A DNA stretch of 64,000 bases, taken from positions 1,488,001 through 1,552,000 of the forward strand of contig JAQOWU010000008.1 of the NCBI GenBank assembly GCA_030867685.1, written 5' to 3'. Shown here one piece after another: positions 31,613 through 43,093 of the stretch. Numbering within the stretch: position 1 is the stretch's first letter; the number at the start of each line of letters is the position of its first letter. Both the position numbers and the translations under genes were made by a program. This stretch comes from Wickerhamiella versatilis (taxonomy: Eukaryota). The notes beneath the pieces were generated by a model. That model ran no database searches, had not been told where the DNA came from, and was given only the letters and a program-made list of their open reading frames with translations.

Positions 31613-33262
31613 ATGCTCAAAAAGGTTAAAAAAAAGCATCGCGGGCAACCGAAACTAGAGCCGAAAAGTATCGAAAAGCATATTAAAGTTGGAGATCTCC
31701 GAGATCTAGTGATTTGGTTGCTCGTTGATTCAGAAACTGTACCCCCTCCGAAATTCGTTGATATCACAAATAAGGCCGGGATTCAGCATGTCGTATCCGT
31801 AATGATTCCCGGCTTACCCCGTGAAATGTTTCTGGATGATAGTAGTATTTCTGATCCGTCACCACATCCTTTCGAAACTACGAAACTCCAAATACTAAAT
31901 CAAGTATTTTCAGAAGCATGGCCAACATATGCTCCTGGGTCCAACAAGCGTTTAGAGTCTACGTTGGCCGAATTTACATCAGTACCAATTAGCCGTGCCG
32001 AAAAGAAGAGAGCTGAGGCTGAGCGCAAACGCGAAGAATCAGCGGCGGCCACCGAAACATTGAGTTTGGACAAACTTCTAGTGTCCGATGATCTTCTCAA
32101 AGATTTAGACTATCCTATAAATCCCCAAGAAAACTGGGTTACAACAAAACCTATGGATAGAGAACCTGCAGCTTTTGCCTTGGATTGTGAAATGTGTGAG
32201 ACAGCGGACGGAAAGAAATCATTAACAAGGATTTCAGTGGTTGATATGAATGAAAATGTTGTATTTACCTCGTTTGTGAAACCTGACGTAGCGATATCGA
32301 ACTATCTGACCCCTTTTTCGGGCGTGACTGCTGAACTTCTTGAGGGCGTGACAACTACCCAAAAAAATGTCCAAAAGTGGATTCTTGAAAATATTTCGGA
32401 ACAAGATATTCTTATTGGGCACTCGCTTGATAATGATATGAGAGTGCTACAATTATCCCACTCTCGTATTATTGACACAGCATTGTGCTTCACGCATCCA
32501 AGAGGATTGCCTTTCAGGCCGGCCCTCAAATCACTTGCATCTCGCCTACTTGGGATAGAAATACAGATTGGCGAAAAAGGGCATGACCCCGCTGAAGATG
32601 CTCGTACATGTGTACAGTTAGTGAAGCTTAAACAAAAACGAGGATTGTCATTTGGAACTCACACAATTAATCAATCAATCGCTACACGCTTATCTCTTGC
32701 CGGTCGTAAAACTGCAGTCGTAGCTTGTGGCACCCCTCGCTGGGGTACTCGTGATGCAGCATCTATCCTTTCGTGCACTACAGACGAAGAAGTTCTTACC
32801 CAGACTGTGAAAGTATGTAACACATACGACTATGTTTTTGCAACTCTATCTGGGCTTAGTAGATCGGTTCAGCAACATGGGGATACTGAAACCGCGTTTA
32901 AGAATCTCAATGAAATTCTTACCCGCTTTTTCAACGAACTCCCCGATAAAACAGCCATAATAATCTGGAGCGGGCATGGAGACACCAAGGAAATGCTTGA
33001 CATGCAGCAGAGGCAAAGAAACTGGTTGTCAGAATACCGAACTAAACCTTACGAGGATATATCTGATCCTTGGACTGATGCGGACAACGTACGGCTATCC
33101 AGGGCTACTCAAAATGCTCGCCTCGGAGTGAGCTTTCTGAAAATTATATGTAGAGAAGAGACGGCATCAACAGACGTCAAGGACTCCCCTAGTGTGGACG
33201 ACACTGAAGAGCTGTGGGACCATGAGCCCTTGCCAAAAAAGCAAAGAATTGAAAAAGGTTAA
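31613..33262 (+). CDS. RNH70: DEDDh 3'-5' RNA exonuclease Rex1/Rnh70
   Basis: FALDCEMC, LIGHSLDND, IIDTA, GHDPAEDA; ATG 31613 chosen over the non-ATG start in the ORF track. Confidence 0.85.
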   Translation: MLKKVKKKHRGQPKLEPKSIEKHIKVGDLRDLVIWLLVDSETVPPPKFVDITNKAGIQHVVSVMIPGLPREMFLDDSSISDPSPHPFETTKLQILNQVFSEAWPTYAPGSNKRLESTLAEFTSVPISRAEKKRAEAERKREESAAATETLSLDKLLVSDDLLKDLDYPINPQENWVTTKPMDREPAAFALDCEMCETADGKKSLTRISVVDMNENVVFTSFVKPDVAISNYLTPFSGVTAELLEGVTTTQKNVQKWILENISEQDILIGHSLDNDMRVLQLSHSRIIDTALCFTHPRGLPFRPALKSLASRLLGIEIQIGEKGHDPAEDARTCVQLVKLKQKRGLSFGTHTINQSIATRLSLAGRKTAVVACGTPRWGTRDAASILSCTTDEEVLTQTVKVCNTYDYVFATLSGLSRSVQQHGDTETAFKNLNEILTRFFNELPDKTAIIIWSGHGDTKEMLDMQQRQRNWLSEYRTKPYEDISDPWTDADNVRLSRATQNARLGVSFLKIICREETASTDVKDSPSVDDTEELWDHEPLPKKQRIEKG

Positions 33263-33349
33263 CGATTTATTATAAGAAAAGCTTACTGCATTATACACAG
33301 GTATTTGTTATAGAATCCATAGCGCGATAACATTACACACGTACTGGAT

Positions 33350-34000
33350 CTAAATGAGGTCTGCCTCTGCCTCTATTGACTCAGTGGGCTGATCAGCATA
33401 AACTACAAACTCACCATGTTCTACTACAGTGACACTGCAGTTTCCTGGTACTTTCTCAAGCTGTCCAGCAGCCGCACCAGCCTTAACATCTCCTGATTCT
33501 ATAAGGTGTTTAACAAGTTTTCGCAAGGAACCACCATGTGTCACAAGAAGTACAGATGCTCCAGGACCTTGCTCGCGTTCAATAGTGGATACCATCCTAC
33601 CCCAAGTTTCGGCCAGTCTTCTCGATTGGAGAAGACTTGCTTCACCATAGTCTGTTAATGACTTTCCCTCTGCCTCCGCTTTCGCTTTCGCCTTCACTCT
33701 TGGCATTCCTTGAAGCTCTCCTATATCCCTCTCCCTGAATCCTTTATCCGCGTGAAGTGGGCATTGGTCTCTTAAAATCAACTCAGCTGTTCTTCTAGCC
33801 CGTTGAAGGTCACTGCTATAGGCAACGTTGAAACGAACCCCACGTGCAGCCAAAATTTCACCGAGCATCGAGGCCTGCTTCTCACCCGCTTCAGTAAGAG
33901 GCGTATCCGCATGCCCCTGCATGCGCTTCTCTATATTGAAGGTGCTCTCCCCATGTCGAACCAGAAAGATGCGCATTGTTTGTAAGATTCTCATCGTCAT
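33350..34000 (-). CDS. Histidine phosphatase / phosphoglycerate mutase family (YOR283W-like)
   Basis: LVRHGES, SSDLQRA, RERDIG, LVTHGG, NCSVT. Confidence 0.9.
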   Translation of the reverse strand: MTMRILQTMRIFLVRHGESTFNIEKRMQGHADTPLTEAGEKQASMLGEILAARGVRFNVAYSSDLQRARRTAELILRDQCPLHADKGFRERDIGELQGMPRVKAKAKAEAEGKSLTDYGEASLLQSRRLAETWGRMVSTIEREQGPGASVLLVTHGGSLRKLVKHLIESGDVKAGAAAGQLEKVPGNCSVTVVEHGEFVVYADQPTESIEAEADLI

Positions 34001-34175
34001 GAAGTTGGCCTATACGACTAACAATAAGGATAGCACCATCATGCTATCGCATTTGAGCACTTCCTAAATTATGCAATCCACCAGAGTTAGTCTCATTTTT
34101 TTCTTAAATCATAACTAAATTTATAAGGCTAGAGTCATTACTATTATTACTTCCCATTCTTTCTCATGACACCAC

Positions 34176-34604
34176 CTAAACCGATGCATCGGGCATAGGC
34201 TCATCTTTTATACTTTCTTTGTCCTCAGATGCTGTTGCTGAAGTAGCATCTGGCGCAGGCGTCGTCTCCGGCGCAGGGGTACCACTATCGAATGGTGTGC
34301 CTTCTGGTGCGGGAGTACCCTCTGGTGCAGGTGTATAATCAGAAGCCATAGGTACAGGAGATTCCCTTGCGTGCTCAGTGAATTCCAATACATCATCAGG
34401 CACCCCATCATCGATGGGTTTGAACTCCTCATCCGGTATTTGAATCCACGTTTTTACGGTGAACTCTCTGAATTTTTGATCTTCTTCCCCAGCAATTTCA
34501 AACGTTTTCTTATCAAACCGGTAATGAGCTATGGTTCGTTCAACATCAGGGCCATACTGAATGGTATGCCCTCGACCCCCTCTATGGAGCGAACGCCTAG
34601 ACAT
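34176..34604 (-). CDS. Small protein (142 aa): basic N-terminus, acidic/Pro-rich tail with TPAPEG repeats; possibly BCL7-like
   Basis: ORF fills the gap with protein-like composition; family call is tentative (see findings). Confidence 0.65.
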   Translation of the reverse strand: MSRRSLHRGGRGHTIQYGPDVERTIAHYRFDKKTFEIAGEEDQKFREFTVKTWIQIPDEEFKPIDDGVPDDVLEFTEHARESPVPMASDYTPAPEGTPAPEGTPFDSGTPAPETTPAPDATSATASEDKESIKDEPMPDASV

Positions 34605-34784
34605 GTGTAAGCCAACCTAGGTCCGCTCGCCTGGATACATACGTACATATATATGTATTAAATTGAAGGTGTCCTGCAGAAAAATAGCTTGGAGGTAGAA
34701 TTAAGGAAAAGGAAAAATGTTTTATATTCCAATACTCTGTAAAAAATCAAAAGTGCACAAGATAGTAGCTGTTACCGGCCCTAA

Positions 34785-35939
<1,155 letters not shown>

Positions 35940-36045
35940 TAGGTGCTTTTCTTGATTTACGCTTTCTATACAGTTGCTAATAAACTCTTAAAAGTAGACT
36001 TTTAAAAAAAATTATTGCGTGTTTTAAAAAAAACAGAGTCCAATT

Positions 36046-36780
36046 CTAGTCAACAAGTAGCCCTCCACACTCTGTTTTTAGATGCTGTACTTCTTCTGAG
36101 TTCGCCTCTTGGAATTCCATATTCAGACGTTGAGCTAACGACCTGCTGAGCTCAGAGGCTACAGTCGTGCTAGAGGTATTTGCTCCAAGGTCGTTCATAG
36201 AGACAAACTGGGCATGAGGAAGGTTACAGGCCACAATTCGGCCAAACCAAAATGGATCAACGCCCACATTCATCCCAATTCCATGACTTGTGACGCTGCG
36301 ACGAATATGGACACCAATAGATGCAATCTTACGGCGATCATCAAGCCAGACACCCGGGTCCTTTGTTCTCTTCCCCTGGATCCCATGGTGAGATAGCATG
36401 TCAATTATAGCGCCTTCAAGCTGGCAAATATAGTCGCGGGCTTTAAGCTGTATGGCAGCTAAATCCAAGACCGGGTAAAGAGTGACTTGGCCAGGTCCAT
36501 GCCAGGTTGTGTGTCCTCCACGAAGGGTTTCAACAAATTCAGCGCGACCATCTGCCCGAAGATATTCGATTTCAGAAGGGCTCAGGTCGCCAATTTGCCG
36601 CCTACCACAGGTATATACTGGTGGAGACATTTCAAATGCCAGAATATTAAATATAGGTCCCGTAGGCTTATGAGCTGCTTTCAAGTCAAGCAAACCACGA
36701 GCAAGTTTTTGTTGTATCCGGTCTGAATCACGATATGATGCTTTTAGCAGGGGGAAAGTCCTTAGTATACCTTGCCTCAT
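36046..36780 (-). CDS. LIP2: Mitochondrial octanoyltransferase LipB/Lip2 (ATG 36780)
   Basis: PVYTCGRR, RGGHTTWHGPGQ, RKIASIG, TSHGIGMN, IVACNL; Arg-rich presequence. Confidence 0.92.
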   Translation of the reverse strand: MRQGILRTFPLLKASYRDSDRIQQKLARGLLDLKAAHKPTGPIFNILAFEMSPPVYTCGRRQIGDLSPSEIEYLRADGRAEFVETLRGGHTTWHGPGQVTLYPVLDLAAIQLKARDYICQLEGAIIDMLSHHGIQGKRTKDPGVWLDDRRKIASIGVHIRRSVTSHGIGMNVGVDPFWFGRIVACNLPHAQFVSMNDLGANTSSTTVASELSRSLAQRLNMEFQEANSEEVQHLKTECGGLLVD

Positions 36781-36812
36781 CGGACGCTTACCCAACAACT
36801 TGTTTGTACCCG

Positions 36813-37856
36813 ATGCATAGAAGTGCGCTCGTGACCGGCGCAAACGGCTATCTTGGACAAGCGATATGTAGGAGACTAATGGATGAAATGCCACCCCATA
36901 CACGTCTCACAATTATCATTACATCTCGTCATTTCCGAGGTGCTACAGAGGCTGTAAGAAGTCTGCAAAGCTACGCGCTGAAGCACCATAAATCACGTCC
37001 AGCCCTCATTGAATTCGATTATCTTCTGTTTGATCAATGTTCTATGGTCTCAGTTTTAGCAGCGGCCTACGAAATCAAAAAACGTTATCGCCAAATCGAC
37101 TATGTGTTTTTTAACTCCAGCTATTCACAAATGGGCGGTATAGACTATTGGCAAGCAACTAAGGACTTCCTTAGCTCACCCTTGAGAGCTTTCACCGTTG
37201 GTACTTTCAAAATACAGGGCCCACCTCGCTTAAGCGGTGACGGCATGGGTGCAGTGTTTCAGGCAAACGTATTTGCACCATGGTACCTGGTTCAAGAAAT
37301 TCTTCCAGTGTTGAAACCGGGAGCAAAGCTCATATGGATCAGCTCATGTATAAGTTTGCCAGAGTTTTATGATTCCAGTGACCTGGGCATTGAACGAAAT
37401 ATGCATTCATATGAAGCATCGAAGTACGAGCTTGAAATGCTCCATGCGGCCACATTTGAGCCTCTTCTATCGGAAAAAGGAATTGAGTCTTGGATATTGC
37501 AACCTGGTGTATTCAAGTCGACTACTTTTGTGCCAACGTTGAATGCGTTCATGTATTTTGGAATGCTTATGATGTTTTATATCTGTCGCTGGTTCGGTAG
37601 TCCATTCCATTGTATTTGGCCTGATATCGCGGCTAATGCACCCGTCTGGGTAGCTCTCCATGCTGATCCAACACAGGATAGCATGGCCATCAAATACGGG
37701 TCAGGTACTGATCGGGTAGGCAGAGAGGTCTTGATGCGCAGCGAGATTCACCCTCCCAAAGAAGCGCCAGAAGCTGTTCACAAATATGTTTCAGCTCTCA
37801 CAAAAGATTGGCAAGATAAGCTCACCGACCAAGTCATGGAACGTGAGGGTTACTAG
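36813..37856 (+). CDS. ERG27: 3-keto-steroid reductase (ATG 36813)
   Basis: LVTGANGYLG, FQANVFAPWY, IWISS, SYEASK, RWFGSPFH. Confidence 0.93.
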   Translation: MHRSALVTGANGYLGQAICRRLMDEMPPHTRLTIIITSRHFRGATEAVRSLQSYALKHHKSRPALIEFDYLLFDQCSMVSVLAAAYEIKKRYRQIDYVFFNSSYSQMGGIDYWQATKDFLSSPLRAFTVGTFKIQGPPRLSGDGMGAVFQANVFAPWYLVQEILPVLKPGAKLIWISSCISLPEFYDSSDLGIERNMHSYEASKYELEMLHAATFEPLLSEKGIESWILQPGVFKSTTFVPTLNAFMYFGMLMMFYICRWFGSPFHCIWPDIAANAPVWVALHADPTQDSMAIKYGSGTDRVGREVLMRSEIHPPKEAPEAVHKYVSALTKDWQDKLTDQVMEREGY

Positions 37857-38192
37857 TACAGTTTTTAAGTTGCATTCGCAGATTAATTTTTCAAAATAAC
37901 ATGTCTGTTTTTGCACTGCAGAGAAACTGTGCTGTCTAAAATTGAAATATTAATTACCTTGAAAGCGAATTCAATCCAGTCTTACTGCATGCTAGCTCAA
38001 CAGCTACACGGTAGAATATCTAGTAAATATGTATGTATATACGTATGTATACATGCCTTGTTTTCGTGTAATTATCATAAATATTTTAGTGGCACCCAGT
38101 CCTACAATGGCTGGAAAGGTGGCAAAGTACCAGCCGCCTTGCTTACGCGAACTTCCGTCTTGGCCGCAACGTGTTTAACACTGGCCTGAACA

Positions 38193-40100
38193 ATGAACGT
38201 TATAAAGATACAACAGCGACATCCCGAATTGTCGCAGGAGGAGGTTTTTGAATTAATTGATGAATTTCAGAAATTGGATCTGGAAGATCAAGGTCACCTC
38301 GAAAAGCTAGGCGTATGTCAGGCAATCGCACAGAGTGGGAGAGCCTCTTATGATGATGTTCGCGAAACTCTGAAACGAGTGGATATCGACTCATCAGGCC
38401 ATGTTGAATTGGATGACTTTGTAGACCTATGTGCCAAGCTGAAGGAGCAGCGTTTAGCACCCAAGCCGAAGCCAAAGCCGAAGCCTAGTGGCTTACAGGT
38501 ACCAGAGTTTATGGGAAATCGCCAGCGTTCTACCAGTGCCTCGCAGCCACGTGAACGTATTGTAGTTCAAGGTGGTGGTGGTGGACAGCACACTATCGAT
38601 GAAGAAGAGCGGTCAGAGTTCACTCGCCATATCAATTCCGTACTTGCTGGAGACCCTCATGTAGGAGCACTTCTGCCACTACCGACCGACACAAACCAAG
38701 TTTTCGATGAATGCCGTGATTCGCTATTACTGGCAAAACTTACGAACGATGCAGTGCCAAATACGATTGACACACGAGTTCTTAACACGCCAAAGGCGGG
38801 AAAGACTCTAAACCGTTTTCAAATGGCCGAGAACGCTAACGTCGTCATCAATTCTGCGAAAGGTATAGGTTGTGTTATTGTCAACGTTCATGCAGATGAC
38901 ATCATTGATGGTCGTGAGCATTTGATCATGGGAGCAATTTGGCAAATAATCCGTAAAGGTTTGCTATCGAAGATTGATATCAAGCTACACCCAGAACTTT
39001 ATCGCTTGCTGGAGGAAGATGAAACGCTTGAACAGCTCCTTCGACTTCCACCTGAGGCAATTTTGTTGCGCTGGTTCAACTTCCATCTGAAAGCCGCTGG
39101 CCATAACCGGGTCGTAACAAATTTCACCTCTGATGTAAAGGATGGTGAAAACTACACTGTTTTACTTCATCAACTCTCACCTGAGCGCTGTTCACTCGCA
39201 CCTCTCCGCACAACAGATTTATTCGAACGTGCTGAGCAGGTACTTGAAAATGCTGATAAGCTGGGCGCAAGGAAGTACTTGACACCGGCTGCAATGGTTG
39301 CGGGAAATCCCAAGCTCAACCTTAGTTTTGTTGCCCATCTGTTCAACACGTGGCCTGGTCTTGATCCCATAACTGAGGAGGAGAAAGTCGAAATTGAAGA
39401 CTTTGATGCGGAGGGTGAGCGTGAAGCTCGTGTGTTTACCCTGTGGCTCAATTCTCTTGATGTACAGCCACCTGTTGTTTCATTATTTGAAGATCTTAAG
39501 GATGGTCAAGTCTTGTTACAAGCATACGATAAAGTAATGCCCGGTAGCGTGAATTGGAATAAAGTGAATCCTAGACCGAAGAATGGTGGTCACATGATGC
39601 AGTTCAAGGCTATTGAAAACGCTAACTACGCGGTGGAGCTTGGCAAGCAGAAAGGATTCCAGCTTGTAGGCATCGAAGGGTCTGACATTTGCGATGGTCA
39701 GCGTACCTTGACGCTTGCGCTTGTATGGCAATTGATGCGCCGAAACATTGATTTGACACTAGCAAGCCTCTCTAAGAACGGTAAAAACCTTTCTGATAGT
39801 GAAATTCTTTCCTGGGCCAACGAGAAGGTGTCTCGTGGCGGTGGAGGCCAAGCTCAGAAGGTGCGTAGCTTCTCTGACCCAAGTCTCAGCGATGGTGTTT
39901 GGCTTCTTGATGTGCTTCACGGAATTAAACCCGAATATGTGGACTACGACTTGGTAAGTGCCGATTTCTACGAGAATGCCAAGCTTGCAATCTCAATTGC
40001 ACGTAAGTTGGGTGCCTTGATTTGGGTGGTACCGGAAGATGTCGTGGAAGTTCGTGGAAGACTTATTTTGACCTTTGTAGCTTCCCTAATGTCAATCTAA
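38193..40100 (+). CDS. SAC6: Fimbrin
   Basis: EF-hand headpiece and four CH domains (HTIDEEERSEFTRHIN, ILLRWFNFHL, EREARVFTLWLNSL, AISIARKLGA). Confidence 0.97.
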   Translation: MNVIKIQQRHPELSQEEVFELIDEFQKLDLEDQGHLEKLGVCQAIAQSGRASYDDVRETLKRVDIDSSGHVELDDFVDLCAKLKEQRLAPKPKPKPKPSGLQVPEFMGNRQRSTSASQPRERIVVQGGGGGQHTIDEEERSEFTRHINSVLAGDPHVGALLPLPTDTNQVFDECRDSLLLAKLTNDAVPNTIDTRVLNTPKAGKTLNRFQMAENANVVINSAKGIGCVIVNVHADDIIDGREHLIMGAIWQIIRKGLLSKIDIKLHPELYRLLEEDETLEQLLRLPPEAILLRWFNFHLKAAGHNRVVTNFTSDVKDGENYTVLLHQLSPERCSLAPLRTTDLFERAEQVLENADKLGARKYLTPAAMVAGNPKLNLSFVAHLFNTWPGLDPITEEEKVEIEDFDAEGEREARVFTLWLNSLDVQPPVVSLFEDLKDGQVLLQAYDKVMPGSVNWNKVNPRPKNGGHMMQFKAIENANYAVELGKQKGFQLVGIEGSDICDGQRTLTLALVWQLMRRNIDLTLASLSKNGKNLSDSEILSWANEKVSRGGGGQAQKVRSFSDPSLSDGVWLLDVLHGIKPEYVDYDLVSADFYENAKLAISIARKLGALIWVVPEDVVEVRGRLILTFVASLMSI

Positions 40101-40223
40101 GGAATTAAGCAAAAAAAAATTGAACAGCATTAATCTACATTTAACGCCTTCATTACCAAATAAAAGGAGTCTATATCGTAGGGACTGTAGTCAGCATAGT
40201 ACAAGCGCGACCCACGCTAATCA

Positions 40224-41327
40224 ATGACTGCAGAGAATCGTGGAGACACGGTGACCGCAGCAGATATACTTCTGCAGCAGTCGCAGGATGAGAGACTCGC
40301 AGCCTTGAAGTTCCCATGGGATCCCGAAAAATGTACACATCATATGATGCCTTCGAGGCAAACCTTATTTGCATGTCTAACTTGTCGCGATCGTAGCGGA
40401 AACAGGAATGATATTTGTTATGGATGCGCTATTATGTGCCATTCAGGCCATAAATTGGTTGAACTTTGGACCAAGCGCGGGTATAGTTGTGATTGCGGGA
40501 CCAAGAGAATTGGAGGCGATCCATGTCAACTACGCCAGACCGGAGAACTTGAAGAATGTGATAATAAACACTATGGACAAAATTTCGATGGTTTATTTTG
40601 TGATTGCCATGAGGACACTTTTTCTGAAGAGAGTAGCATCATGTTTCAGTGTCTCTTGGGTATCAGTTGTGAAGAGGATTGGTATCACCCCCGATGCATC
40701 TTGGGTCTGTCAAAGCACGAGTCAGATATTCGGCACCAAAGGTCTTTAGATGATGCCAAAAGCAAATCTGAGGAATCAGATAGTAGTGATGATGACATGG
40801 AGTCAAATATGCAGGTGATGTACCCAGAGATACCACTTGAGCATGCTGCTTTTATATGCTGGAAATGTGTTTCCGCTAGTGGACTCGATGAGCTACTTGT
40901 CAATGAACCCCTCGCTAAGTTTGTTAAACGCGAGAGGAATAATATTGCACAAGATGGCGATGCGATAAAGGCGAAAAGAATGCGCAAGGGGGATGACATG
41001 AGCCTTTTCCTGGAAAAAGGTTATCGTGAGCGCCTGAAAGAGCTTCCAAAGCTTTCTAAGTTGATTAAAACTTACCCCTTTCTCGTTGAGGAGGAAGAAA
41101 CCTACCAGCCCCCAAAGGACATAGATGCTCAATCGTCCATACGAGAATGTGGAGAAAAGGCGCTTTTGTCACTTCCTTATGAGCAAGCGTTTGGAGGAAT
41201 TGATGCATACCATAAACTGGAAACCAAGTTAAAGTCGCATCTATCATTATTTGCCCAAGAAGGCAAGGAGGTTACTGCCGACGATATTCGTGAAATATTT
41301 TCGCGCATTAAAAACGAGCAAAGCTGA
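40224..41327 (+). CDS. UBR7/Mlo2-like UBR-box + PHD protein
   Basis: RQTLFACLTC...CYGCAIMCH...LVELWTKRGYSCDCG, YGQNFDGLFCDC, MFQC...CEEDWYH. Confidence 0.88.
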   Translation: MTAENRGDTVTAADILLQQSQDERLAALKFPWDPEKCTHHMMPSRQTLFACLTCRDRSGNRNDICYGCAIMCHSGHKLVELWTKRGYSCDCGTKRIGGDPCQLRQTGELEECDNKHYGQNFDGLFCDCHEDTFSEESSIMFQCLLGISCEEDWYHPRCILGLSKHESDIRHQRSLDDAKSKSEESDSSDDDMESNMQVMYPEIPLEHAAFICWKCVSASGLDELLVNEPLAKFVKRERNNIAQDGDAIKAKRMRKGDDMSLFLEKGYRERLKELPKLSKLIKTYPFLVEEEETYQPPKDIDAQSSIRECGEKALLSLPYEQAFGGIDAYHKLETKLKSHLSLFAQEGKEVTADDIREIFSRIKNEQS

Positions 41328-41441
41328 GCGAAGAAACAAGAAGGAAGACTTCGCTCTGTTAGGGCTCCAAAACATTATTTACTTCGAAATTATCTAGAAT
41401 TATGCAACTATTTATTTTGATTAAGGCTGATTCATATAATG

Positions 41442-42830
41442 TTAATTAGCTGATTGATACTTTTGGATCATGTGTTGTCGAGGCATCTTAAGTTTTACAA
41501 TGAAACGATCGGGATATTGCTCGGCCAATTCTAAATCAAACCGAGATGCAGACGGAATTCCTCGCCGATTCCGCAAATCATGGAATATTTCAAATGCATC
41601 TGGCGTGTTGTAGGCAGTCATCCTCAAAATGTCTAGGTTTCTGTCAAGACCACCAGGTAAGACCGATGAGTAAAGAGGAGTATATATTTCTCTCTCGTTT
41701 TGTTTAGGGCTCTCTTCTGGTGCCAAGATGCCTCTACGGGAACTGCGACCAAGACGGCGACGAGAGCGGACAGCACGATGATCATACGCGTCAATCTCAG
41801 ATGGATCCAATTCTGTTAGTGACGGAGTGAAACTTTCCAGAAGACTTGAGGGACGTAGATAGCTTGACTCACTTATTTGGGCACAGCTGCCATTAGCATG
41901 GGACCCATCAAACTGATAGCCCGTTTCAAATAGGTTCCTCGTAAACTGTTGACTTTGTTCCCGGATCGCATGCGCAATTATGGGGCCAAATTCAGGAGGT
42001 AATCCTAGTTCTGATACAGTTACAGCTGCAAATTGTTCAGGAGTTGGGTCTTTCGAATTAATGTCCCACTCAAACTGGTCCTTAAGTGAATGTCGACCCA
42101 CTGTAATGTCAAGCTTTATAACAATCCGTATATCACTCTCAGTAACTATATGTGGGTGAAACTGATTAATTTGATTTTGGAGCCGTTTTGCAACTTCAGA
42201 GGCGAGATTTAAAGGCAGTCCATAGTCCTCAAGGGTGCTCTCCACAAAAAGTTTTAGTGGAACAGTTCGGTCATCTGCGTTCCACAAGAGATAATCCTTA
42301 AGCTGAAAGTTCTCTGTAGATACGTCGATCTTTAATGGAACTAACTGTTCTGTCATTTGCTCAGTTTCCCTCAACGTGGGCTGGGGGATAAGTAGTTCAC
42401 GCGATTTCCTACCCGCACGTTTACGATCCTGTGGATAGAGAAGTTGCATCTTGTTCCCTGTCCAACCATTACCATAGCCAGAATAACCCTCTCCGAAAAT
42501 AGCCGAGGGCATATGCGTCCTGATACCTTTCACCTGGTAGAGATACTGTAGCTCCACCCTTCGAAGCCAGTCGCTAACCCCAAAGGCATACCGATCCTCC
42601 TCTCTAGCGATCGCGTGTACTGCATCGTTTCTCGCGATTTCCAATGTCCTCTGCTCCTGTTCACTTGTCTCGATACCTTGTGCTGCACGGTCTCGCAAAA
42701 GATTGTCTACTGCCCGTAGAGCAGCATATGGATCAAACTTTTGATCACGGTCTATCTGGTCATTCAAAGGAAGGCCAGTTCCTGGAGGAAGACCATTGCT
42801 ATTGCCAGCACCTGTCCTTGGCAAAGCCAT
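41442..42830 (-). CDS. SNF5: SWI/SNF subunit Snf5
   Basis: IFGEGYSGYGNG, two SNF5 repeats (LVPLKIDV...LKDYLLWN; IKLDITVG...DQFEWDI...IAHAIREQ). Confidence 0.9.
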   Translation of the reverse strand: MALPRTGAGNSNGLPPGTGLPLNDQIDRDQKFDPYAALRAVDNLLRDRAAQGIETSEQEQRTLEIARNDAVHAIAREEDRYAFGVSDWLRRVELQYLYQVKGIRTHMPSAIFGEGYSGYGNGWTGNKMQLLYPQDRKRAGRKSRELLIPQPTLRETEQMTEQLVPLKIDVSTENFQLKDYLLWNADDRTVPLKLFVESTLEDYGLPLNLASEVAKRLQNQINQFHPHIVTESDIRIVIKLDITVGRHSLKDQFEWDINSKDPTPEQFAAVTVSELGLPPEFGPIIAHAIREQSQQFTRNLFETGYQFDGSHANGSCAQISESSYLRPSSLLESFTPSLTELDPSEIDAYDHRAVRSRRRLGRSSRRGILAPEESPKQNEREIYTPLYSSVLPGGLDRNLDILRMTAYNTPDAFEIFHDLRNRRGIPSASRFDLELAEQYPDRFIVKLKMPRQHMIQKYQSAN

Positions 42831-42852
42831 GATAAGGTATTGTGCAATTCTT

Positions 42853-42889
42853 AGTCAGTCAGTCAAGTCAGTCAGTCAGTCAGTCAGTC
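42853..42889. repeat. (AGTC)n tetranucleotide microsatellite just upstream of the SNF5 start
   Basis: About 9 units with one single-base insertion. Confidence 0.85.
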
Positions 42890-43093
42890 GTCTATGTGGA
42901 TCATAAAACCACTTCTTATAAAGTTAATGTGGCATTTATCATGCTATTAAAGATCTAGATATCATACTTGTTGGAATTGAGGACTCATAAACCATAGAAT
43001 TCTCTGCGCACTTTTCGAGTATGAGAATTATCTTTATAAGGACTGAAGAATCCATTTCTGTTAAATTATTTCATATATAAAATGTTTTCCTGC

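Noticed and set aside
33350-34000. Possible bacterial horizontal transfer (GpmB/CobC-like phosphatase)
   Set aside because: Equally consistent with the native fungal YOR283W family; no compositional anomaly; needs a phylogeny
37911-38189. 92-aa TTG-start ORF upstream of SAC6
   Set aside because: Spans the AT-rich terminator/promoter with TATGTA repeats; no protein-like features
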